From Hydrolagus affinis (Eukaryota), in NCBI GenBank assembly GCA_012026655.1, contig JAAILG010000810.1, forward strand, positions 1 through 64,000: DNA of 64,000 nucleotides, written 5' to 3'. Both the position numbers and the translations under genes were made by a program. Below are positions 46,101 through 57,385 of the stretch, one piece after another (position 1 is the stretch's first letter; each line of letters opens with the position of its first letter). The notes below the pieces were generated by a model that saw only the letters and a list, made by a program, of their open reading frames with translations, did no database searches and was not told the origin of the DNA.

Positions 46101-49100
46101 CAAAATATACCGTCAGTTCACTTGAGTGCATTCTGTGGAGCGTTTGAGATGTCTAGACGATGTGAAAAGCGCTATAACAAATCCAAGTATTATAATAATT
46201 TTAAAAATTACATTTATATAGCACGTTTCACGTTGGGTGAGGACAGTGATCGGGAGAGGGTAAGTCCCAGGGTTGCTCCTGGGTCAATGTACAGGATGTT
46301 GGGTTTGTTTCTCTGCTGTGTGCCTCCATTGTGTTGATGTACATTTTCTCTTATGTAGCGTCTTTTTCAGAGAAAGTAAGAAACATGTCTCCAGACGACA
46401 TCAAAATCCCTCCAGAGCCTCCGGGGAGATGCTCTAACCATTTGCAGGTACAAGTCACTTTGGCCAGTCCACGGCTGGCATAAGGTGTTGTAAGAGAGGA
46501 TGAGCTCTGTGGCTATCCAACCTACTTCTCCAACGCTTTCTCTCCTTTTACTGCTTGTTTGCATCATCACATGTTTAAAGGCATTAATCTAACCATTGCA
46601 TCTTCCTAATAAGCCTGCATCACCTCCAAGCTTGACTGTTCAAATTACCAAAATGCAAAATACTGCTGGAAATCAGAAGCAAAAACAAGTGATTGGGAAC
46701 ACTCAGCAGGTCAGGCAGCATCTATGGAGAGAGGAAAAGTGAATCAATGTTTCGGGACCGCGATCCTTCGTCAGAACTGAGTGGACCTGAAACATTGGCT
46801 CGCTTTTCCTTTCTCCACAGATGCTGCCTGACCTGCTGAGTTTCCCAGTGACTTTTGTTTTTGTTCAAATTGTCTCCTTTCGGGCTTCTGCAAAGCCACA
46901 ATCCACAAGCTCCAGTTCAGTTTAAACTCAGCCTCAGTTTTAGCCTCACATGCCCTTCACATTCACTGGCTCCCTTTCTCCAGCAGATCGACTGCATGAT
47001 TCTCATCCTCCATTACAAATTAAGGCCTTGCTCTTCTGTCCCTGTTATCTTCTCCAGCCTTATTTTCTTGCTCTCCTCTCCATGTACACGTGGGCATCTT
47101 CCTTGCCTCCTCTGCCCCATCAAGGTGGCCACACATTCAGCCACTGAGCCCCACCCTCTAGAACTCCCTGACTCAACCATTCGTCTCAATACCAATATAT
47201 ATATATAGGAAAGCTGCCTTTTAAATATGAATCTTCAGAACTGTATTCCGCCACCCTACTCAGTATCTGCCGTCTCTTTAAAGTGTAAAGGGCTGTAGGT
47301 AAATGTAAATTGTTTAAGTTAGCTGTAAGTTAGCTGTATGCAGCAATCAATGGATAACAGTTGGGAATGGGAATCATGACTGATTTTTCCATCGCCCATT
47401 GAAGTCCTTCCAGAGAACTGACATCATTGGACTTCACAGTCGACTTCAGATAATTCAGCATAACCTAGGAGTTAACTCTATGCAGTTCAGTGGCAAAAGC
47501 AACATATGAATTTAGATCTTGAGACAAAGGGCAAAGTGCCTACAACTAAATTAAAACATTTATGTTAAAACCAACTTCACAGAAATGAAAAACTTAAAAC
47601 ATAAACAAATTCTTCCATTGATTTTATATGCTGGGTGTTTGCAGTGTAGGTGTGAATAGTCCCCACTCTCCCAAGTAGAACTCCGTTCATTATGAAGTGA
47701 GTGATGCTGCTGTAACAAGTCTAGTGGTTGTGTGCTTCTCCTGCAGTAACACATCCAGTGCCTGAGGCTGCATTATTTATTGTGAGTAATGGATTGGGCA
47801 CTGGTGAGGAATGTGTTAGCCAGGTGTGACTTGTTCATACTGCTACAGACTGTAGAGACACATCCCTACTCACAACACACACCCAATCTGCATGTATCCC
47901 AAAGCAGAAGGAAATACAGAATGATAACCTCTCAATCACTTCCCCACCTTCCAGCCACCTACCTTTTTCATTAATCCCTCCCACCCCTCATCTCAGCTCT
48001 TATCCACACAGTGAGAGCCGGTGAGGTGAGGGATTCACCTATAGAGCTGCAGGGAATGTATATGTTGATTATGTGGGATTACCAAGTACAGACACACCCT
48101 CAAATTTGGCTCTTTGCCAACTCAGCTCACTCAGAGGTTGGGAAGGCTCTGGGGTGTAGCCTCTATTGCAAAAATTAAAGGCATGCTCCAGGATTTCCTG
48201 TGACTAGACCTTCTTTAATGTTGAGCAATTTCTATTTGGTTTTTCTTCTAATATTCAATTTTTTTTTAAAAAAAGAACAAACTATTCCTCACTAGTATGT
48301 GGCTCTGGCTGAGTCGCACAGACCAGGAAAACTCCAGGTTTGATTCCAGATCTTTGACCAGTTAACCGATCTCGGTCTGAGTTACAGCAAATGTCCTGCA
48401 ATTGGCTTCAGTGTCTCTGAGCTAAGAGGAGAGTTATCAGTCAGGGTTTCTATCTCCGAACCAGCGGCCGTTTCAGAAAATGCATGTGTGATCCCTGAAA
48501 AGGATAGAAAGTGCACACCAAATGTGAGGCACACATACCTGCAGAATGATAACAGATTTAGGATTCCCTGCTTGTGTTTTGTCATCCACCAGTAGTATTA
48601 GATCCCTTTGCATGCTCACCTAAGCCTTTCCTCTGTCTCTGTAGGAGAAGATTCAGAAGCTGTATGACCGAAAGCTGCATGAAGGACTTGACATGAATAA
48701 TATCATTCAGCGCAAAAAGGAATTCCGTAATCCCAGGTCTGTACTCTCTGTCTCTGTAGGACTCTAAGGCTCTCTAACTGTTTGGTTATTGGGAGGTGGA
48801 TGGCTGTGTGTGGGGGGGGGGGGGGAGAGAGAAATAGCCCGCTGGTCTCCAGTTTGTGTGAAAGGAGAAGATGTAAAGGGGCAAGGCTGTGTACCTCCTC
48901 TGTGCTGTTGACAGTGTGGTCTGATTTGTATGAGGTGTACGGTTTAACAGCTCACTATTCTCTCTTTCAGCATATATGAAAAACTGATCCAGTTTTGTGG
49001 CATTGATGAACTTGGTACCAATTACCCCAAGGTAAGTGTGGCTTCAACCTCCTCCTTTTCAGTGGAAGGCACTAATGATGCGCTGCGCACCTTGTAGCCA

Positions 49101-51620
49101 ACAAAGTGGAGGCTTTAGCGTAGATCTGATTATGCGGGATTCACTCCAAAATCTCAGCGTGGGTAACGTATTGAAGAATGCCCTCCAGTAAAACTGCTTT
49201 ATATAGAAAATATCACATCCTTCACGGATGGCTAAGGAAATGTACCCAACCACTGCAGCAAAATTTATGACAAATCCTCAGGCCACTGAAACTCTTATTC
49301 ACACCTTCATCACATCCCGGCTCAACTACGCCAACGCCCTGCTTGTCGCTCTTCCCAATTCCTTCCTCCACAAGCTGCAGATCATCCAGAATCTGCGGCC
49401 CGTGTCCTCTACCGCTCCCAAGATCCGCAACCCCATCTCCCCGCCCAACTTCATTGGCTCCCCATCACCCAAAGGATTCAATTCGAGATCCTGGTCCTCA
49501 CATTCAAAGCTTTCCACTGCCTCGTCCCACCTTATATTTCCGACCTCCTAATCCCCTACCAACCTGCCCACTCCCTCCGCTCAGCAGGCTCCAGCCTGCT
49601 CCATGTCCCCCAAACCACTCACCCCACCTCCCCTGTGGAATTCCATCCTGAAGGCCTTCTGTCTCATCTCCTCCCTGGCCTCCTTCAAGTCCCGCCTCAA
49701 GACCCTCCTCTTCGACGGTCCCATTGGCGACCTCAAATACTGTCTTTCCTTCCACCCTCCCCGATCCCGACCCCAGCTCAGGTCTGAAACATTGACTGTT
49801 CAGCGCCTTGGAACAACCTCTCGACTTGAAAGTCGCTATACAAGTGTACTTTTATTATTGTTCAGATATCTTATGTCTTTGGATTTCCCTGCAGGATATG
49901 TTCGACCCACATGGCTGGTCAGAGGATTCCTACTATGAAGCATTAGGTAAACAGTTCATACAGCAGCAGAGCGTACTGACCTGTTTGGTTTCAAGAGCAA
50001 TAATCCTTGCATTTGATATAGCGTCTTATCACATTGTCACAGCGTTTCAAACCGCTTAACACAATTATAAATATATGATCATTATAAATAATGATACACT
50101 GTAAAGTGGATTGCCTATTCATTTTGTTGGGTGAACGTGGCAGACAATTTGCGCACAGCAAAGCCCCACAAACAGCCATGGGGTGAGACTTTCTATCAGT
50201 TTCTGTCTGTCAACAACAACAACTTGGATTTATTTTGCGCCCTCCATGCCGAACAGCGTCTCCGACTCTCTGTCTGTCTGGGTCGGTCGGTCGGTCTGTC
50301 CGCACTATCAGTTTTCAGTCCTTTTTCTCTCTTGTAAATTGTTGATATTTTATTGGTTTGCAGCCAAGGCACAAAAGGTAGAAATGGACAAGATTGAGAA
50401 AGCCAAGAAGGAGAGAACGAAGGTGAGTAAAATTATTGAGCACAACAATAAAACCTGCTCGACACACCCTGGTCAGGTTTAACACCCACTGTAAATGTTT
50501 AAAATAAATATTGATTAATGTTCCTGTGATAGCATTTTGAGATTGCCTGCTTCATCCTCCATGAAAGAAAGGTGTGTGACATATGTGTTTATGTGAAAAG
50601 TAAGTGAAGACGAGTGTGCGTCAAAAATGTGTGTGAGGACATTTCGGACGTGTATGTGTCCGAAAAATGTGCGTGCAGGAGGTGATTTGTGACGATTATT
50701 TTTGTTTTGCGTTTCTATTATTTTATATGTTGAATTTTCTAGATTGAATTTGTGACGAGAACAAAAACTGGTACAAGCACCAACGCTGCCACGGGGACAA
50801 CTAACACAGCGAGCAGCACAGCGACAGGTAAACATCCCCCCGCCCAGAGATTGGGGGTGCCCACTACTCCAGACAGGGAGGTTTAGTCTGCCTTTGAGGA
50901 GGGAATTGCCTTCAAGATTAATAACAATAACAATAATAATAATAATCCTTGCATTTGATATAGCACTTTTCAAGTCTTCTAGACGTCTCAAAGCGCTTCA
51001 CAGTATAGATTGTAAAGTGAATTGACTGTATATTTTGTGGGAGAAACGCGGCAGCCAATTGCGGACAGCAGCGTCCCTACAAACAGTCGTGGATTGAAAT
51101 GGACTGAAATTTCTATTTTTTTTTAGGGATTATTATTAGGCGTGTGGAGTAAGGAAACTTGCTCAAGATTTCACCCTGATTGAGGGTATCACCCACTGTT
51201 AGGGTTTGGAGGGGGAGGGGTGTAGAAGTGGTGTTGCATTTGGTTGCGAGGGTAGCTAGCTGGGGCTTGCAGTCCTATCTTGGAGAAGGTGCTGTATGGA
51301 ATTGAGGGAAAGGAGCTGCCATTGCTTTTCCCTCTGGAAAGAAGTTTCAGTGTCAATGTGAGGTCCAATGGCAGGAGTCCTCGTTGATCTCCCCCTCTCT
51401 CTCTCACTCACTCTCTCTCTCTATGTTCTGTTCTGCAGATAATCAAAAAAGGAAGAGCAAATGGGACTCAGCGGTGCCCGTCACCACAATCGCACAACCG
51501 ACGATCATCACAACCACAGCCACGCTGCCGGGGGTAGTCACGGTAACCACCAGCGCAACGGGGGCCAAAACAACAGTCATCTCTGCCGTTGGTACCATAG
51601 TGAAGAAAGCCAAGCAGTGA
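28099..51620 (+). CDS. SAP30BP: SAP30-binding protein, 11 coding exons, 299 aa (303 aa with the distal exon-1 donor)
   Basis: Exons 28099-28177 (or 28189), 28867-28976, 29160-29207, 38648-38690, 46359-46447, 48645-48736, 48971-49031, 49895-49946, 50364-50422, 50743-50827, 51439-51620, all in frame. Sequence runs [14 protein letters not shown]...KKEFRNPSIYEKLI...[15 protein letters not shown]...KRKSKWDS...GTIVKKAKQ*. Confidence 0.97.
28305..28397. repeat. 16-bp tandem repeat (GGCGAGGCTGTGCTGA) x~5
   Basis: Directly visible in SAP30BP intron 1. Confidence 0.9.
28622..28794 (+). mobile_element. Same SINE family, 3' half
   Basis: Core, tail and (ATT)n. Confidence 0.8.
28867..28976 (+). CDS. SAP30BP: SAP30BP exon 2
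   Basis: [18 protein letters not shown]... Confidence 0.94.
29160..29207 (+). CDS. SAP30BP: SAP30BP exon 3
   Basis: [16 protein letters not shown]; 48 nt. Confidence 0.88.
30659..30915. mobile_element. pogo/Tigger-like MITE
   Basis: TA-flanked; TIRs CAGGTCTCCCCTGATTTACGACA vs (reverse complement) CATCTATTCCCCGATTTACAACA. Confidence 0.7.
33484..33583. other. Assembly gap (100 N)
   Basis: N run. Confidence 1.
34325..34641 (-). mobile_element. Same SINE family, near full length
   Basis: Head, Deu-core and tail all present. Confidence 0.85.
37035..37222 (+). mobile_element. Same SINE family, 3' half
   Basis: Core and tail. Confidence 0.8.
38648..38690 (+). CDS. SAP30BP: SAP30BP exon 4
   Basis: [14 protein letters not shown]; 43 nt. 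Confidence 0.9.
38826..38990 (-). mobile_element. Same SINE family, 3' half
   Basis: Core and tail. Confidence 0.8.
39543..39832 (-). mobile_element. Same SINE family, near full length
   Basis: Head with GGTTCAATTCC B box, core and tail. Confidence 0.85.
45110..45209. other. Assembly gap (100 N)
   Basis: N run. Confidence 1.
46359..46447 (+). CDS. SAP30BP: SAP30BP exon 5
   Basis: [29 protein letters not shown]. Confidence 0.96.
46647..46861 (-). mobile_element. Palindromic Penelope-terminus insertion
   Basis: TSD TGTTCAAATT at 46637-46646 and 46862-46871; long inverted arms around the hammerhead motif. Confidence 0.75.
46740..46780 (-). ncRNA. Second, degenerate hammerhead motif
   Basis: Minus strand reads TCAGTT-CTGACGA-AGGATCGCGGTCCC-GAAA-CATT-GATTCA. 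Confidence 0.5.
48645..48736 (+). CDS. SAP30BP: SAP30BP exon 6
   Basis: [30 protein letters not shown]. Confidence 0.96.
48971..49031 (+). CDS. SAP30BP: SAP30BP exon 7
   Basis: [20 protein letters not shown]. Confidence 0.96.
49275..49860 (+). mobile_element. L2 LINE 3' fragment
   Basis: [21 protein letters not shown]...LQIIQN, typical L2 RT end, plus tail. Confidence 0.85.
49895..49946 (+). CDS. SAP30BP: SAP30BP exon 8
   Basis: [17 protein letters not shown]. Confidence 0.96.
50364..50422 (+). CDS. SAP30BP: SAP30BP exon 9
   Basis: [19 protein letters not shown]. Confidence 0.96.
50743..50827 (+). CDS. SAP30BP: SAP30BP exon 10
   Basis: [18 protein letters not shown]... Confidence 0.93.
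50930..51180 (-). mobile_element. Same SINE family, 5'-truncated
   Basis: Core, tail and (ATT)n. Confidence 0.8.
51439..51620 (+). CDS. SAP30BP: SAP30BP exon 11 (coding part, with ULM-like KRKSKWD)
   Basis: [21 protein letters not shown]...VKKAKQ*. Confidence 0.96.
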
Positions 51621-52130
51621 GCTGGCAAGGAATGGACCGAGCTCTTCAAACCTCAGGAGCACTTTTCATCTTCAGCCATTTCCAACTTCACCCACACACA
51701 CAGCACCCGATCCTAGCTGATGTATGCACAGGGAAGGCAAAGGGACCGAGGCTGCTTCTGAACGCTGTATATTGCCTGGAACAAGAAATATACCGACTCA
51801 CGGAAGAGTTGCTTGTGAAAGGAAAAGGATTGTGGTTGTAGAGGGGGTTTCCAGCACATCACCAGGTCCTGCTCTGAGCTGACATTTATGAAAAGGACAC
51901 ACTGTAAATCTAAGGTGGTTTTGACAGGGAGGGGCTCACTGTCAGGTGGGGGTTACTGAGCTGTGAAAACTGGACCCGTACGTTTGTGTGAATGGTGATT
52001 TCTGTTTGTCTGTTATCGTCATCTAATTGTGATTTGTCTCCTCTGTCACTGTGTTGTCACACATCTGCAACCCAGAAACAGGATAATACTGAACCAATAA
52101 TTTAACCGCTAGTAATCGCTTGTAAGCAGA

Positions 52131-52136
52131 AATAAA
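52131..52136 (+). terminator. Proximal candidate polyA signal of SAP30BP (distal AATAAA at 53137-53142)
   Basis: AATAAA about 510 nt after the stop. Confidence 0.55.
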
Positions 52137-52348
52137 TTATGCTTTTAAAAAAAAATTTTTTAAAAACTTCATTTGCTAGAACTTTGTGGTCAGGGTACAT
52201 AGAATCTAGTGGGAAGCCCAGCATGGCTGAAACCAAATCGTTGCAACTTCTTGTTTATTTTTGTTAGAAAGCCGCCACCTTCCCCTACCCTGTCCAAGAT
52301 GCCGATGTACAGAAAGTACAAAACAAAAGCGATCACAGTACTAAACAG

Positions 52349-52539
52349 AAACGCAAAATACTGCAGGTGCGGGAAATCGGTAGCAAAAACAGAAATCGCT
52401 GGTAACACTCAGTAGGTCAGGCAGCATCTATGGAGAAAGGAAAGTGAAGGGCCGTGAACCTGAAATTCTTAACTCACTTTCCTTTCTCCATAGATGCTGC
52501 CTGACCTGCTGAGTGTTTCCAGCAATTTCAGACTTTGTT
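52349..52539 (-). mobile_element. Palindromic Penelope-terminus insertion
   Basis: TSD ACAGTACTAAACAG at 52335-52348 and 52540-52553; ~56-bp inverted arms. Confidence 0.78.
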
Positions 52540-54559
52540 ACAGTACTAAACAGTATGTGCAATCTCAAGTTTTTTTTTCCCCCACGATATTGTAATTACG
52601 ATCAAATGGAATTTTCTGGCCTCTGCTGTAAATCCCAGAACAATGGAAGCAACTGAAAAATGAACAACAGGGACTTACCTCTCTGATAAAAGAACTCAGC
52701 TTGTCTCGGCTGGGAGTGAGGGAGCCAGGAATCCAAACACAACAGTAGGGGGCCATTGCTCCTAGACCTCCCAAGAGTAGACTGAATGCTGCGACAGTTG
52801 CCCCTTCTCCACTGAGAGACATCCGTCACCAATTTGTACAGTAATTCTGAATTGTATATGTAGAGTAACAGATTTATGCAGGGATTCTGAAGAGTAAATT
52901 CTACGCAGTAATTTCATACAATGTGGCGAGTGTAGGTTGTTCTCATTTAGTAGGTCATCCATTCCTGCAATGCTAAAATGTGAAAGTTAAAGTGTTTTGT
53001 GCCTCTAATTGACTTTGTGAGGCTCCGAACAGCATTGTGTGCCTTCTGACGTGGCCCTGGGCGGAAGAAGGAGCCAGAACATCCTCAGGAGTGATTTTCC
53101 AGCTACTTGTTATTCTACATGTTCACATCAAACTGAAATAAAATATTTCATATCCATTATTTAGCTTGTTTTTACTGAGCCTTCTAACCACTACCTGGGG
53201 GTAGGATGTGATTCCCTTCAACGTGCAGTGATTTACTGTATGTAGCCTGTTGCCAGGTTCCCAACTCATCTACCTACTTACACTGAACGTATAAGTGCAA
53301 AACAAAACTGGATTACAATTGATAGAAAGACTGAAAGAGCTTTTTTATTTGTGGGTCATAATTTATCTTCTTAAATGAAATTGCGCTATATATGGATGGC
53401 TTCCTCAGATGGACTGATATTAGGTGGGGTAGCTTATTGGGGCTCTATAATTGGACTCAACGCTTGGACTCCAGTGTAGGGAGGAAAAAATAAAGCAAGG
53501 CTCACTTCCTGATAGTTATCTTTTGGAAGCTACGAGTGAGGAGAGGATTAGGCCTTATTCTCCTGAGCCTGACAAAACTCTTCAGGAGAGTAAGAGGAAA
53601 GGGGGAGACATTTAGAGGAGGAAACCATATATAGTTTGGGACCCAACATATTAAGTGACTGCCAGGATGGTGGAAGGCAAATTAGATGACCTAGTCTTCG
53701 TTCCCTTAGCACCTAGCAAATTCTTATGTTCTTACTTTGATATCCCTTGACAATGTACAAAAGGTATGTCAGTGTTTAGTGTTGTTTAACATGAGAGAAG
53801 CAAGAAAATGTGGCTACTGTCGGCAAACAGTGAGTTAGAGACTCCCATGCAGAGAGTAGAACAAAAGAGATTTACAGTGAATGATAATGGATAGAAAGAG
53901 GCTGGGAACAGCAGGAAGACAAAATACAGTGACCAAGGAGCAAAAGGACACACAGCCCAGCAAATTAGACATTGGAAACGTGAGAAATATTTACATCAAG
54001 AAATGGTCATGAGTTGGGAGCATTTTCCTTTATTTCCTTTTTCTACGAATATTCTGTCCAACTGTTTGCGGGACGCTGGTCGGCACAATTGGCTGCCGCA
54101 TTTTATTATCTATTTCTCAGATACAAAATAATTTCACAATCTCTGAAACTGGGCACACAATGCTCAGTACAAAACAAACAACCGACCTTCTTATCTGAAT
54201 CTATTGGTCAACATCCTGTCTAAGCTAAAATAATAAGCGCTTATAATAATCCTTGCATTTGATACATTACTTCATCTCTGATCTTGAATGTGACCCTACA
54301 TGGAGGCTGTGCATCACTACTGTCTTTAAGCGCTCTGAGAGGCCGTCTGGCATGGAGGGCACTGTTATAAATCCAGGTTGTTGGTGTTGTACTGAGAAAT
54401 GTTGCATAACTGGCAACTGCAATCATAGGGATGTTAGCCAGATCGCAAAATGCATGGATTCTGGAATTCCTGCATTAAGTTCTCTCAGGAGACAAACAGA
54501 AATCCATCGTTAGGGAAATAGATGATGGAAACTGACTGGGCAAGCAACCTCAATTTGCG

Positions 54560-54950
54560 ATAATTTCAGGCTATAACAGCTCACCTTCCCTTTCTTCTGT
54601 GACCACCTGGTCTGCCCGTTCTCTTGCAGTTTCACCCCTCCTTTGTTTTACATGATTAACATCTCTCCAGTTTTGTTGAAATCCTTTGTTTTAAACCAAT
54701 AACACCTCTTTAAACCCATCATCTCCTGTCCTCTAACCCATTTTCTCATCTTGTCTTCCTTGCCCTGCCTTGCCCCTCTCTGTTAGGCCTCTCCCTCCCA
54801 ACATGACCCAGTGCTGATGAAGGGCCGTGGACCCGAAACGTTGACTGACTTCCCTTCCTCCATAGATGCTGCCTGACCTGCTGAGTGCTCCCAGCAAAGT
54901 TTTGTTTCAGATTTCCAGCATCTGCAGTAGGTATTTTGCGATTTTTGTTT
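54560..54950 (+). mobile_element. Penelope-like element 3' end / pseudo-LTR with hammerhead motif
   Basis: CT-rich tract, then CTGATGAAGGG..CCCGAAACGTTGACTG, then the terminal ATAGATGCTGCCTGACCTGCTGAG...CCAGCATCTGCAGTA segment shared with five other copies in the window. Confidence 0.7.
54809..54847 (+). ncRNA. Minimal (Penelope-type) hammerhead ribozyme motif, slightly degenerate
   Basis: CAGTG-CTGATGA-AGGG(CCGTGGA)CCC-GAAA-CG-TT-GACTG: core boxes, stem II, minimal stem III, stem I CAGT/ACTG. Confidence 0.65.
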
Positions 54951-55635
54951 CCAGGCATTACAACACTGACTGCCCAGAGGTTCGGCATTGAGAGCCACAC
55001 CTGTATCTGAGAGTCAGCTTCATCCTTGTTTCATTTACTCCTGTTCCAGAAACACTAGGACTGTAATCGTTTTAACAGTACCAGCTGCACCACCAACTAG
55101 TAATTTTGTCTTGAATTCCTGGACATCTTGTGTGCATAACCTTACATCTGTGATTCTGTTCCTATAAGAATCTCTCTTGCCAGAAATCTCAAACACTACG
55201 CACCAAAATTACTGAGTTGAAGGAAACGGCTGAAGAAAATTTGTCCCAGGAAAGCATGCGAACACATGAAACCCAAGACATAGCTTGCCAAAACTTCCCT
55301 TTGTACCGGGCACTCCCATATCACGTTAAACAAATCCCCCTCAGCACATGTCTTTGGCTGAAATGATGAGCTTGTATCCGTCTTTGCTGTAACCTATTTT
55401 AAAGATTTGAGAATCTGCATTGAAACATAATAAATCACTGTTTGATTTAGCTGTAAACATCAAAATTGCTCAAGCAATTGCTATCAGGTGTATTAGCTAT
55501 ATTCGTAGGCAAAAATTGTAACCGATTTACACTAGCAACGTACATAATAATAATAATAATCCTTGCGTTTGATATAGGGCTTTTCACATCTTATTGACGT
55601 CTCAAAGCGCTTCACAGAATATACTGTAAAGTGAA

Positions 55636-55679
55636 CAAAACACAAAATACTACAGATGCTGGGAATCTAAAACAATACC
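55636..55679 (-). mobile_element. 44-bp Penelope-terminus fragment inserted into a SINE
   Basis: TSD ATACTGTAAAGTGAA at 55621-55635 and 55680-55694. Confidence 0.75.
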
Positions 55680-56374
55680 ATACTGTAAAGTGAATTGATT
55701 GTATATTTGTGGGCAAAACACGGCAGCCAAGTCTGGGAGGCACTTTCTGAAAGAGTGGTGGAAACAGCTTCAACAGCAACCTGTATTGTGTCTCGGGAGC
55801 ACAGCGCCTAGCGGTGTCAGAGCTCAAATCCAAGCCAGGTCAGAGAGGAAGATCTAACATGACCTGAAAATAGGGAGAGAGGGGACAGGACAAAGGGATT
55901 GAGGGAGAGAGTTCCACAGGTTTGAGACACATTGGCTGAAACTCATCACCATTGATGGTGGAACAGAGGGTCTAGGGATCAAAGAAGAGGCCAGAGCCAG
56001 GAACAAGAACTTTCAATACCAACTTTCAAAAGGGAATTGGGTAGGTACTTGAAAAGGAAAACAACTGCAAGGGTATAGGGAGTGGGACTGACTGCGGAGC
56101 TCCTCCAAAGTCCTGGCACCGTCACAATGGGCCGAATGGCCTCCTCCTGTGCTGTAATACTCCATGCTTCAATGATATTGCTGTTTGTGAGTGATTGGCA
56201 GAGAGAGTTCCAGATTTCCACCACGCTTTGTGTGAAAAAGGCTCAGGGTCACAAAGCCACTGATTCAAAGGCACCGGGGAAACACTACACCATGGTGATG
56301 TCAAGTGAGTCACCAAAACATTGAAGAGTAACACAAAGGGAAGTAATTCTTTTTTTGTCAGCTGGGTACCTCAC

Positions 56375-57385
56375 CAAGCCAGTCAGGAACCTCGGTGTCT
56401 TGTTCGATCCTCAGCTGTCTTTTCTCCCCCAGATCCAAGCCATGACGCGCTCTGCCTTCCTTCACATCTGCAATATTGCCCTTCAGGCCACTGAAACCCT
56501 CATTCATTCACGCCTTCTCCCACAAATATACAGTCAATTTTCCTACTTTCCTTCCCCAACCACGACCCCTCCCCCACCCCGCTCTGGTCCCTACCTCTTC
56601 TCCCCCCTTTCTTCCCTCTTGTCTTCTCCCTCCCTCCCTGCTCTGGTCCCAACCTTGGGACGTTGTTGTATTCTGTGAAGCGTTTTGAGACGTTGATAAG
56701 ATGTGGAAAGCGCTATATAAATGTAAGGATTATTATTAAGGATATTTATGTAAGGATGTAAGGATTGTTACTATTATAACACATCCAGGCTTGACTATAC
56801 CAACACCCTGCTTGTCGGTGTTCCCAATTCCTCCCTCCATAGGCTGTGGATAATCCAGAACTCTCTGTCCTGTGTTCACTACTGCTCCAAGCTCCATGAC
56901 CCCATCTCTCCTATTCTTGCTCCTCTTCATCACCCAGAAGAGTCAATTAAACAAAAACATCCAAATTATTCAAGATCCTGGTCCTCACCTTCAAAGCCCT
57001 CCATGGTCTCGCCACACCCTACCTCTGTAACCTCCTAACTCCCTACCAACCCGCCCACCCCCTCCGCTCAGCAGGCTCCAGCCTGCTCCATGTCCCCCAA
57101 CCCACCTCTCCCCACCATCGGCGGGCGAGCCTTCAGCTACTCTGCCCCAAACCTCGGGAACTCAATCCCACAGTCCCTCCGCCTCGCCCCCTCCCTTGCC
57201 TCCTTCAAGTCCCGCCTCAAAACCCTCCTGTTCGAAGGTCTCCTCGGTCACCCCAAATCCCCCCCACTTTCCCTCCACCGTCCCCGTTCCCGACCCCAGC
57301 TTGGGTCTGAAACATTGACTATCCAAGTATCCAGCCGTCCTCCTGACATGAAAGGCGCTGTCCAAGTGTAATCGTGTTGCTGTTG
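56375..57385 (+). mobile_element. L2 LINE fragment interrupted by SINE/L2 pieces
   Basis: VRNLGVLFD...; PTIGGRAFSYSAP; L2 tail at ~57340-57385. Confidence 0.8.
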
